Virus record (IMG/VR): IMGVR_UViG_3300010366_000037 | Span: 1-32,284 of that record | From: a virus | Lineage: Duplodnaviria; Caudoviricetes | Reading direction: 5' to 3' (one strand) | DNA: 32,284 nucleotides | Shown: positions 1-7,092 of the stretch, piece by piece | Position numbering within the stretch: the first letter of the stretch is position 1 | Layout of the letters: each line of letters begins with the position of its first letter | Program-made: the position numbers and the translations under genes | Notes under the pieces: model-generated | Told to the model about the DNA's origin: nothing | What the model saw: the letters and a program-made list of their open reading frames with translations, nothing else | Database searches by the model: none

Positions 1-40
1 GAAGAAAACGCTGACGAAGCGAACGAGGAAAGGTTTCTAG

Positions 41-436
41 ATGGCCCAGAAGCCAACGACATTTGACACTGAAACTCCAACGCCTTGCACTTATCCTGGT
101 TGCGACAGGATTCTAAAAGGCAACGCTGGACTTGGCGGTCACCTTGCTTGGCATAATCGCCAAGACAGACCAGACGACGAACCTATCCTTCGCCACAACA
201 GGAAGACCGGCAATCAAGAAGTTGTCGGTTACAAACCAAAGAAAAAAGGTAGGCCCAGAAAACAAACGGCTGAGTTAATCACCCCTGTAGAAACCATGAG
301 TGCTGTGACAATCTGTTTCACGGTGCTCTCAGCAATGTTCCCAACTGGTAGCTTGCCAGTTTCAAAACTTCCCATCGTTCAAAGATGGGCACAAGAAACG
401 GAGAGATTCGTGGAGGAAATGTATGGCGACCACTGA
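41..436 (+). CDS. C2H2 zinc-finger / AT-hook putative DNA-binding protein
   Basis: C-x4-C-x12-H-x3-H (CTYPGC...HLAWH) and KKKGRPRK; purine-rich RBS-like GAGGAAAGG upstream. Confidence 0.7.
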   Translation: MAQKPTTFDTETPTPCTYPGCDRILKGNAGLGGHLAWHNRQDRPDDEPILRHNRKTGNQEVVGYKPKKKGRPRKQTAELITPVETMSAVTICFTVLSAMFPTGSLPVSKLPIVQRWAQETERFVEEMYGDH

Positions 437-749
437 GGAAATGCGTACCTGCCGTGCGATTGGTCACGCGTGGTACCCAATTGATGCGAGCCGCAAGCCT
501 AAGTTGGGCGGCTATCTAGAATCCGTACGCTGTGATCGTTGCACAACGGTTCGCAACCGAATCCTATCTCGTACCGGCTTGATCATTAGCCGGGATTACG
601 ACTATCCGTTCGGTTACAGCGATGCGGAAACAATCTCTGGGACGCGAGCAGATCATCGCGCTTGGCTTTTGAAGGAGTTGCTTCTTCAAGCCAAAGAACA
701 AACCGAGCCAGCCCCTGTAGTAAAACTACGACGAAAGGGGGTGAGCTAA
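423..749 (+). CDS. hypothetical phage protein, possible Zn-binding (CxxxGH...CxxC)
   Basis: GGAGG RBS; overlaps previous stop; Cys/His pattern. Confidence 0.7.
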   Translation: MATTEEMRTCRAIGHAWYPIDASRKPKLGGYLESVRCDRCTTVRNRILSRTGLIISRDYDYPFGYSDAETISGTRADHRAWLLKELLLQAKEQTEPAPVVKLRRKGVS

Positions 750-1019
750 ATGAACGTCATCGACTTAGAGGTTGAAACCTTCGCGGCCGAAATTGATCTG
801 GCTGAAAAAGCTGCCGAAGGTGAAACCGATCCTGAGCTTGTTGCCAAGTGGTACAGATTAACACTCTGTGGTTACACTGGTCATCAGCTTTTGGAAGCGA
901 TGCATCGACACGTAACCGGACTGCAAGCCGGTATCGAGTACCACCTGCAATTGCTGGGATTTGTTGCAGATGAAATCGAACGGCGAAGATTCATCGCTGA
1001 ACAACAGGAGGTAAATTGA
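750..1019 (+). CDS. hypothetical protein
   Basis: ATG directly abuts previous TAA; RBS-like AAGGGGG; helical acidic sequence. Confidence 0.7.
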   Translation: MNVIDLEVETFAAEIDLAEKAAEGETDPELVAKWYRLTLCGYTGHQLLEAMHRHVTGLQAGIEYHLQLLGFVADEIERRRFIAEQQEVN

Positions 1020-1465
1020 GTCAACCGTACGGATTCAATTCCCCAGCAATTCCATGCGCTGGTGCTGCCGGTACCAGAACTGCGCCGATCGGAACAAACC
1101 CTGCCAATACAATAACAGGTTTGTCTCCGTTTACTGCGCTCGTAGCTACAGCCCAGCAAACGGTTGCTGGTGTCGGCGGCACTTCAGTTCAGTTGTATTT
1201 GCAAGGAAGTATGGATGAGGCTAACTGGTTTGACATTGCTTCATTCGATACTTTCGTTCCTGCCGATGGAGTTGGGCCGGTAACTGCAATATCTCTGTCG
1301 GGAGCAGCGAGCGCTACACAAGCCACAGCTAAAGGTTCAGTCGACTCTGTTGGAGCGAGAACAATCATTAGCTCCATCATTCCAAACGCAATGAGAGTTC
1401 GAGAGAAAGTAGTGGGAACGTATACGACACCATCACAATACATCGTGAGCCTATTGTTCAAGTGA
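1016..1465 (+). CDS. hypothetical beta-rich protein, virion-protein-like
   Basis: AGGAGG RBS, TTG start overlapping previous stop; Ala/Thr/Gly/Ser-rich. Confidence 0.65.
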   Translation: MSQPYGFNSPAIPCAGAAGTRTAPIGTNPANTITGLSPFTALVATAQQTVAGVGGTSVQLYLQGSMDEANWFDIASFDTFVPADGVGPVTAISLSGAASATQATAKGSVDSVGARTIISSIIPNAMRVREKVVGTYTTPSQYIVSLLFK

Positions 1466-1824
1466 GACAGAACACTCAACAAGTTAAAGACTGGCGGTCA
1501 ACAGGCCGCAAGCGAGGACGGCGCATTCTCTACGAGACACGTCGTCCTTTTGCGTGCGTAGGTTGGACAAACGAATACGGCGTTGAAATGCCGTGCGGCA
1601 AAACCACAATTGATCCCCCGCCTGATGCTCCAAGTTGGTTTGAAGAAATCTGGCCTGAGGAAGATAGAGTTCTCTCACAACTTCAAGTTGATCATGAGAA
1701 CAAGGATTACACGGATAATGATCCGGCTAACTTGGATTGGCGCTGCGCTTCGTGTCATCGAAACGCAGACAACCTAACCGAGAAAGGTGTTTCGCGTGTT
1801 CAAGATTCTTCTGGTTATTTCTAG
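1462..1824 (+). CDS. HNH endonuclease
   Basis: LQVDH-x8-N...NL..RCxxCH HNH signature; GTGA start/stop overlap. Confidence 0.8.
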   Translation: MRQNTQQVKDWRSTGRKRGRRILYETRRPFACVGWTNEYGVEMPCGKTTIDPPPDAPSWFEEIWPEEDRVLSQLQVDHENKDYTDNDPANLDWRCASCHRNADNLTEKGVSRVQDSSGYF

Positions 1825-2263
1825 CCTGATCTTTATTGCATTCCCGATCCCCAAAGATGTTGACGGTTCTCCCTGGCTTAGACTTTCCGCTTCGGCGACT
1901 GCGACAAAAGTTGGAACTGAATGCGTTGCAGATGCTGATACTTGTAATCCACCGATTACTGCTCCGCGAAAGGCTTGGCCTTATTGCGAACAATGGCACG
2001 ACCTAGCAATTCTAGTTGGTTGGCCTGAATCGCAGACGGAAGGATTTACGCTTCCGTATGTAATGCATCGTGAATCAAATTGCGATCCGAACGCTTACAA
2101 TCGTTCTGGTGCAACTGGATTAATGCAACTTCTCGGATGGAGTTGTCCTCCGAATGGTTGTTTCGATCCGTATTCGAATCTTTTGCGAGCCAGACTACTT
2201 TGGGAAACGTCTGGTTGGCATCCGTGGTGTCTACGGGGTGACAGAGTTACTGGCGGCTGCTAG
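1787..2263 (+). CDS. SLT-family lytic transglycosylase with N-terminal signal/TM segment
   Basis: catalytic RES..DP.A.N.SGA.GLMQ motif; GWxPW C-terminal motif; hydrophobic N-terminus; GAAAGG RBS. Confidence 0.8.
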   Translation: MFRVFKILLVISSLIFIAFPIPKDVDGSPWLRLSASATATKVGTECVADADTCNPPITAPRKAWPYCEQWHDLAILVGWPESQTEGFTLPYVMHRESNCDPNAYNRSGATGLMQLLGWSCPPNGCFDPYSNLLRARLLWETSGWHPWCLRGDRVTGGC

Positions 2264-2274
2264 AAAGAAATTCC

Positions 2275-2304
2275 TTGACAAGCTAGTAGCTGCTGGTCTA
2301 CCAT
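2275..2304 (+). promoter_or_regulatory. sigma70/SigA-type promoter P1
   Basis: TTGACA (2275-2280), 18 nt spacer, TACCAT (2299-2304), in an intergenic gap. Confidence 0.7.
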
Positions 2305-2343
2305 GTCCTTGTCGGACACATCTATCAACAAGGAGCTAACAAG

Positions 2344-3129
2344 GTGTCAGATCAATCAATCACCCTGAGCATCGCCAACCTCACCAACCTCGGAGATGAG
2401 ATCGGTGAGATCGACGTGGTGCTCGACTCGCTTTCCGGCGCTCAGTCGGCTGGTAAGCGTGCGGTTGTCAACCGACTCGTGAAGGCCGTCCAGGAAAGCG
2501 TGGACGAGATTCTCGCCAAGCTTGACGTTCAGGTCTTCAATCCTGAAAGCAATCCTCTTTCCGACGATATCTTCGTCGGAACTTTCGCTGGCGTTCTTCG
2601 CGGTCTGGAATCGAAGTATTCCGATCGACAGGAAAAGATCCTGGAATCGAAGGCCGAGGAAATCAAGGCCGAGACTCCCGATCTTTCCGAAGATCAGGTG
2701 AAGGAGATGTTGGAGAAGCGCAAGGATTTGGTCATGCGTTTCCGTGCCACGAAGGAAATCTTCAAGACGTTCGGAATGCCGGGCGTTGACGAAGTTCCCG
2801 ATCCGAAGAAGCGAACGGGAACGCGTGGAAAGCGTGGACCGCGAGCCATTTCCGCTTTCACTTGGTCGGTTGATGGCGTTCGTCAATCGCCCGAGAAGGA
2901 TTCGCTTGCAGGCGTTGCAGCGGACAACGGTTACGAGAACGCAAAAGCTCTTCGCGATGCGATGCGAGCGGCCGAAATCGATTTGAAGGAGCCGGAGGAT
3001 CGCATCGAATTCCGTCTCGCCAACGAGAAGCTTCTCGTCGGAATCAAGCACGCCGACGATTCCGAAGACGACGATGACGAAGACGAGGACGAAACCGAAG
3101 AGACGGAAGAGACTCCCGTCGCTTCGTGA
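2344..3129 (+). CDS. hypothetical protein with coiled-coil, basic patch and acidic tail; probably highly expressed
   Basis: AAGGAG RBS, own promoter and downstream hairpin, strong C/G third-position bias. Confidence 0.85.
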   Translation: MSDQSITLSIANLTNLGDEIGEIDVVLDSLSGAQSAGKRAVVNRLVKAVQESVDEILAKLDVQVFNPESNPLSDDIFVGTFAGVLRGLESKYSDRQEKILESKAEEIKAETPDLSEDQVKEMLEKRKDLVMRFRATKEIFKTFGMPGVDEVPDPKKRTGTRGKRGPRAISAFTWSVDGVRQSPEKDSLAGVAADNGYENAKALRDAMRAAEIDLKEPEDRIEFRLANEKLLVGIKHADDSEDDDDEDEDETEETEETPVAS

Positions 3130-3132
3130 AGT

Positions 3133-3178
3133 GTGAGGGAGTTGGAAAAGCAACCACCCGCTCGTCCAACTCCCTCAC
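3133..3178 (+). terminator. stem-loop after the 2344 gene
   Basis: GTGAGGGAGTTGGA...TCCAACTCCCTCAC perfect 14-bp inverted repeat; no clear U-tract. Confidence 0.6.
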
Positions 3179-3254
3179 TCAATTCCGCCTCTTAGTTTGG
3201 ATTGGATAGGGATACCCGATTCTTAACTGGGAAACGGCGAGGTAAACAATAAGA

Positions 3255-3300
3255 CCCGGCACGCGCCTCGATAAACCGAGCGTGCCGGGCATTTTCTATT
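3255..3300 (+). terminator. intrinsic terminator-like hairpin
   Basis: CCCGGCACGC...GCGTGCCGGG followed by CATTTTCTATT. Confidence 0.6.
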
Positions 3301-4137
3301 ATGCCGACACTTCTTTTCGTAGGTGGATTTAAACACGGTGTCCTTGAACAAACTGCGATACCCGTGACTCAAAAGTTCGTCTATGAATTTCCAAAGTCTC
3401 CAAACAATGTCACTGGGCCAGAAGTTTTCTACCAAGTAGTGTATCTACCAATCGGTACTTGGTACAGTCATTACGGTGCTATTGAAGTCTATGCTGAAAG
3501 TACGACACATTTCGTGTCGAAGGAAGTTAGCAACGCGATGCTTTACTTCATTCACGAAGATCCGCAGGCTGTTTACGTTCTCGACGTGAATCATGCAAAG
3601 GATTCAAGTATTTGTCTGCTTGATGCAAACGCTAAGATGTTTGCAGGCTATGGTTTAACTGATTCAGGAATACTAGTTCCTCAAGGTGTACTTCCGCCTG
3701 CTGATTACATGGGTAAAGTAGCTCATCCACTCTCAGTAGCTACGTTGAACGAAACCCTGAAAAAGACTTACTCTGATATTATCAAGCAGCAAATGGTTGA
3801 TAAGTTCGAAATTCTCAAATACATGGAGTACAATTCTCCAGCTTTGCAGTCATACGAATATACGCAAGCTGGAAAATGGACCGTTGTAGACAACGACAGG
3901 CGAGCTTGGCTCAATGCAGGTCTTCGTGATTACAACCGCGTCAATCTTTGTTTCTGGTGCGCCGAAGAACTTGTCGGTCCTGGTGCTGGAATGCAGAATG
4001 ATTTCATTGTACCGAAAGGCAGAGGAAGCCGAGTTCGCAAACTAGTTTGTGGAAACTGCGGCAGAGGTAAATTCAACCGTAAAGGTGAACGCGTAGGCGA
4101 TTGGCTTCACGCGACTGCGATGACAGGAGATGATTAA
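3301..4137 (+). CDS. hypothetical protein with C-terminal Zn-ribbon-like CxxC...CxxC
   Basis: long ORF; CFWC and CGNC; start uncertain. Confidence 0.7.
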   Translation: MPTLLFVGGFKHGVLEQTAIPVTQKFVYEFPKSPNNVTGPEVFYQVVYLPIGTWYSHYGAIEVYAESTTHFVSKEVSNAMLYFIHEDPQAVYVLDVNHAKDSSICLLDANAKMFAGYGLTDSGILVPQGVLPPADYMGKVAHPLSVATLNETLKKTYSDIIKQQMVDKFEILKYMEYNSPALQSYEYTQAGKWTVVDNDRRAWLNAGLRDYNRVNLCFWCAEELVGPGAGMQNDFIVPKGRGSRVRKLVCGNCGRGKFNRKGERVGDWLHATAMTGDD

Positions 4138-4293
4138 ATGGCTCGATGGAGCGTTGGAGAACTTCTCGAAGAACTCCAAGATATGGACCCAGAAAGCAAC
4201 ATCTATATCTACGATGCCGTGAAAAAGCAGGACTACGGTTTCTATGTTGATGCAGAAACCGAAGGCGATGTGAAACTGGTGGTCAGCGACTGA
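4138..4293 (+). CDS. small acidic hypothetical protein (51 aa, MARWSVGELLEELQDMDPES...)
   Basis: below the ORF-track cutoff, translated by hand; AGGAGA RBS; ATG abuts previous TAA. Confidence 0.75.
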   Translation: MARWSVGELLEELQDMDPESNIYIYDAVKKQDYGFYVDAETEGDVKLVVSD

Positions 4294-4617
4294 ATGCAAA
4301 TCTGGTGGGTTTGGTTACTAATCGGATTGGCGCCGTTTCTAGCATTCTGCGCCTATGACTTTTGGAGGCATGGAATCCGTGTACTTCTATTTAGACTTAG
4401 AGACCACTGGTCTGGACCCATCGACCGATTTGATTATCGAATTCGCCGCCGCCGTCTGCGACGACGAGTTAGAAATTTTAGACGAAAGGTTGTACATCTT
4501 TCCGATGAGCAGTTTCATCGAACGGAAACTCGAAGCCGCAGATTCTGTCGTAAAGGATATGCATACCGAGAATCATCTACTCGCGGAGATGACGAAACTA
4601 CAGGCCCTGGGGAATAA
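4294..4617 (+). CDS. possible small membrane protein overlapping orn
   Basis: ATG abuts previous TGA, as for other genes here; N-terminal hydrophobic helix; remainder overlaps orn in another frame. Confidence 0.4.
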   Translation: MQIWWVWLLIGLAPFLAFCAYDFWRHGIRVLLFRLRDHWSGPIDRFDYRIRRRRLRRRVRNFRRKVVHLSDEQFHRTETRSRRFCRKGYAYRESSTRGDDETTGPGE

Positions 4618-4984
4618 TTTCAGCTACAATTATTACAAGGGTTGCCTCGAAGCGGACGTTTTAAATTGGTTGGGCTACTTTGGAATGTTGCCTGGCACAT
4701 TAGAACTGGCCGGGTCTGGCGTTCACTTCGACCGAGCAATGCTTAAGGCGCATATGCCGCTGCTCGAAAGTTTCATGCACTACCGGAACTTCGACGTGAG
4801 CACAATGAAGCGGATGGCGAAAAGATGGGCGCCTGAATATTACCGGCGCAATCCAATCTTCGAGGCAGTAAGTTCTCACCGCGCTCAATCAGATATGCGA
4901 ATAGCAGTTGAACACACGCGGCTCGTTAGAAGTATCTTCTCTCTGTCCGAACAAATCTGGCCTGGACAGACGGTAGCTGATTAA
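4355..4984 (+). CDS. orn: oligoribonuclease (DEDDh exonuclease); start may be 4370 or GTG 4379
   Basis: YLDLETTGLDP, LAGSGVHFDR, HYRNFDVST and HRA.SD motifs typical of Orn. Confidence 0.88.
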   Translation: MTFGGMESVYFYLDLETTGLDPSTDLIIEFAAAVCDDELEILDERLYIFPMSSFIERKLEAADSVVKDMHTENHLLAEMTKLQALGNNFSYNYYKGCLEADVLNWLGYFGMLPGTLELAGSGVHFDRAMLKAHMPLLESFMHYRNFDVSTMKRMAKRWAPEYYRRNPIFEAVSSHRAQSDMRIAVEHTRLVRSIFSLSEQIWPGQTVAD

Positions 4985-4988
4985 CCTA

Positions 4989-4998
4989 CCCTGTAGTT
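4989..4998 (+). repeat. dispersed 10-mer CCCTGTAGTT
   Basis: exact copy; intergenic, immediately before ATG 4999. Confidence 0.8.
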
Positions 4999-5175
4999 AT
5001 GCCCTTCCAAAGCGAGGCCCAAAGGCGGTACCTTTGGAAGAACGAACCAGCCGTGGCAGAGCGATGGGCGCATTCGTACGGAAGTGGGAGTAACCTACCG
5101 AAATACAAGAATGCCGCCAAAAGGAGATTGAATTCCAATGCCAGGGTCATTCAAAAAAGCCGCACTTCAACGTAG
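4999..5175 (+). CDS. small basic protein (58 aa, MPFQSEAQRRYLWKNEPAVAERW...)
   Basis: translated by hand; fills the gap before 5138; N-terminus resembles an MPFxSExQRR small phage protein type recalled from memory. Confidence 0.7.
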   Translation: MPFQSEAQRRYLWKNEPAVAERWAHSYGSGSNLPKYKNAAKRRLNSNARVIQKSRTST

Positions 5176-5497
5176 GATGCGACACCTGGGGAATGTAAAT
5201 AAGATTCCCTCAGGTCATCCGCAAGGAAATAAACCAACGTTTGCTGGCGGTGGCCCAATGGGAAGAGCGGCTGCTTCTCAATCTGCTTCGGGCGGAGGAT
5301 TTCAAGGCGGGCATCCTTATCAAGCTGGCGCACCTTCTGCTACCGGACAAAAGCCTTCACCGCCAATCGCGAAAGGCGCCAATAACGGACCAGGACCGAG
5401 CCGCGGAGTTCAGCAAGATATGCAACTGAACAAGGCTCGTTTGCGAACGACGCAGCCATTCGGATTGCCAGCAATTAAGAGACGGATGGGATTCTGA
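5138..5497 (+). CDS. small basic Gly/Pro-rich protein with two AxxRRM motifs
   Basis: AAGGAG RBS; TGATG coupling to next gene. Confidence 0.75.
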   Translation: MPGSFKKAALQRRMRHLGNVNKIPSGHPQGNKPTFAGGGPMGRAAASQSASGGGFQGGHPYQAGAPSATGQKPSPPIAKGANNGPGPSRGVQQDMQLNKARLRTTQPFGLPAIKRRMGF

Positions 5498-5781
5498 TGC
5501 CGCCAGGACCACGCCCACCTATGCCGGAAGATTCTACGTATAATGCGTATGGTTCTCCGCATATGCTGGGAAAGTTTACTGGTTACCGTCCAATAGGTGG
5601 CGGAATAAGTAGACAGATGCCTTACGTTCCATTTGGGCAACCACCACCAAGTCGTGGGCAACCACTTCCATTTCCTGGTAAACCAAGTATTCGTCCAGGG
5701 CCAACGCAGGGAGCCAAGAAACCAGCAGTAACAATGGGCGCAGTTTCAAGGCGGATGAATAACAGAACAAGGATGATGTGA
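5497..5781 (+). CDS. small Pro/Gly-rich basic protein with AVSRRM
   Basis: TGATG coupling at both ends. Confidence 0.75.
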   Translation: MPPGPRPPMPEDSTYNAYGSPHMLGKFTGYRPIGGGISRQMPYVPFGQPPPSRGQPLPFPGKPSIRPGPTQGAKKPAVTMGAVSRRMNNRTRMM

Positions 5782-5972
5782 TGGCATTTGGACAGGGTGC
5801 AATCAAACGACGGATGCAAAGCAACGCTCATCCAGGTTTCCAGAAAGCTTCGGCAGGTATTGCGAAGCGTCAAGGAATTTCCCAAGAACGTGCAGATGCA
5901 ATTCTCGCAGCTAGTTCTCGCGGAGCTTCGGCTGCTGCCAAGCGTCGAAACCCAAATCTAAGGAAGGTCTAG
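5781..5972 (+). CDS. small basic protein (AIKRRM; HPGF...AILAASSR...NPNLRKV)
   Basis: ATG 5781 in a TGATG overlap (ORF track starts at GTG 5778); stop abuts next ATG. Confidence 0.75.
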   Translation: MAFGQGAIKRRMQSNAHPGFQKASAGIAKRQGISQERADAILAASSRGASAAAKRRNPNLRKV

Positions 5973-6368
5973 ATGCCTGGTATTCCTCCTGAAGTAATGG
6001 CTGCGCTTTCAAGAATGGGAGCTTCTCCTGGCGGTGGTGGTGCTCCGCAAATGCCAATGGGACCGCCACCACAAATGCCTATGCCAATGCCTGGCGGCGG
6101 TGGGCAAATAAATCCAATGCTTTTGGATGCAATAATGAGAAGGATGGGTGGATCAACTCCTGGCGGTGGAAATCCAATGGCTAACCCTGTTATGGATTTG
6201 CTTTCTAATCTTCGCTCTCAGGAAATGCCCGGTGGCGATCAAACTGTTCGTGGCGCTCCTGGTGATCATCTTGGTCTTACTGAACTTCTTCTAGGTTCAC
6301 TTCTAGATCAAAACGCTACGGCTGCAAGACGTGGGCAGATCGGTGGATATACAAGAGGATTGATCTAG
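5973..6368 (+). CDS. Met/Pro/Gly-rich protein with AIMRRM
   Basis: AAGGAAGG RBS; ATG abuts previous TAG. Confidence 0.8.
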   Translation: MPGIPPEVMAALSRMGASPGGGGAPQMPMGPPPQMPMPMPGGGGQINPMLLDAIMRRMGGSTPGGGNPMANPVMDLLSNLRSQEMPGGDQTVRGAPGDHLGLTELLLGSLLDQNATAARRGQIGGYTRGLI

Positions 6369-6387
6369 AGCGTTTTAAAGAAAACGC

Positions 6388-6417
6388 TTGACAGGTTGGT
6401 AGCTAGAGGCGCACACT
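6388..6417 (+). promoter_or_regulatory. sigma70/SigA-type promoter P2 (paralog of P1)
   Basis: TTGACA, 18 nt spacer, CACACT; flanks align with P1. Confidence 0.6.
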
Positions 6418-6435
6418 GGCCTCTCCAGGCGGTCT

Positions 6436-6960
6436 ATGTTTAAGGAGGAAGATTTGTCGTCCAACGATTTCGTTCTAACGGGAGTTGACTTCTCCCCGGC
6501 GGCTTCGGGTTATCCAAATTTGTACCAGGCTGTAATGCGGTTATCCGCAAAGGCAAAGCAAGCAATGTATGCCGCAGCCTCTGCCCGTACAATCAAACAA
6601 GGTACATGGAACGGCTGTGCCTTCAACCAAGCTGGTTGGGAAATTGGTTTGAAGGATCATGCGGTTTCGTCTTACGGTGCAGCCGCAGAAGCTTTCGGTT
6701 GCTCGTTGAAAGTCGTTCGTGCTTTCATCGAAGCGTGGGATGGACTTCCCGAGCGTGGAGACAATGCAACCCGCATTCTTCGTGAAACGCTCGAAGAGGT
6801 TGGTTTGTTCCATGAACCGACTCGTGCAATCCGAATCGTTCGCACGGTTGAGTGGAAGTCCGAGCAGACCAAACTCGTCGAAGCGTTTCGTGCCGAGATG
6901 GAAAACCCCGAGTTCGATATCGACGGTTTGTCGGAGGCTTGCGAACTTCTCGGCGTGTGA
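6436..6960 (+). CDS. hypothetical protein (likely start TTG 6454)
   Basis: TAAGGAGG RBS 5 nt before in-frame TTG 6454. Confidence 0.8.
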   Translation: MFKEEDLSSNDFVLTGVDFSPAASGYPNLYQAVMRLSAKAKQAMYAAASARTIKQGTWNGCAFNQAGWEIGLKDHAVSSYGAAAEAFGCSLKVVRAFIEAWDGLPERGDNATRILRETLEEVGLFHEPTRAIRIVRTVEWKSEQTKLVEAFRAEMENPEFDIDGLSEACELLGV

Positions 6961-7039
6961 TCCCAGTCCAACTACTAGGAATGGAAAGGGGCACACAAAA
7001 CATAGGAGCGTGTATTACAGCTCCGCCTAATCCGCTTTC

Positions 7040-7092
7040 GCGGTTGGGGAAGGACATTCTCACCCTCCCAAGGTGCGTCCTTCCCCATCCGC
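7040..7092 (+). terminator. long intergenic stem-loop
   Basis: GCGG-T-TGGGGAAGGAC...GTCCTTCCCCA-T-CCGC. Confidence 0.5.

Noticed and set aside
2-40. 3' end of an upstream gene (KKTLTKRTRKGF*)
   Set aside because: Too short to support a call at the window edge
1462-1824. HNH as intron- or intein-associated mobile element
   Set aside because: Free-standing and coupled to its neighbours; no split host gene seen
2356-3153. 265-aa antisense ORF
   Set aside because: Mirror of the codon-biased 2344 gene; no RBS or recognisable motifs
3186-3260. Intact tRNA-Lys(CTT)
   Set aside because: No T-loop, acceptor pairing or CCA; kept only as a low-interest finding
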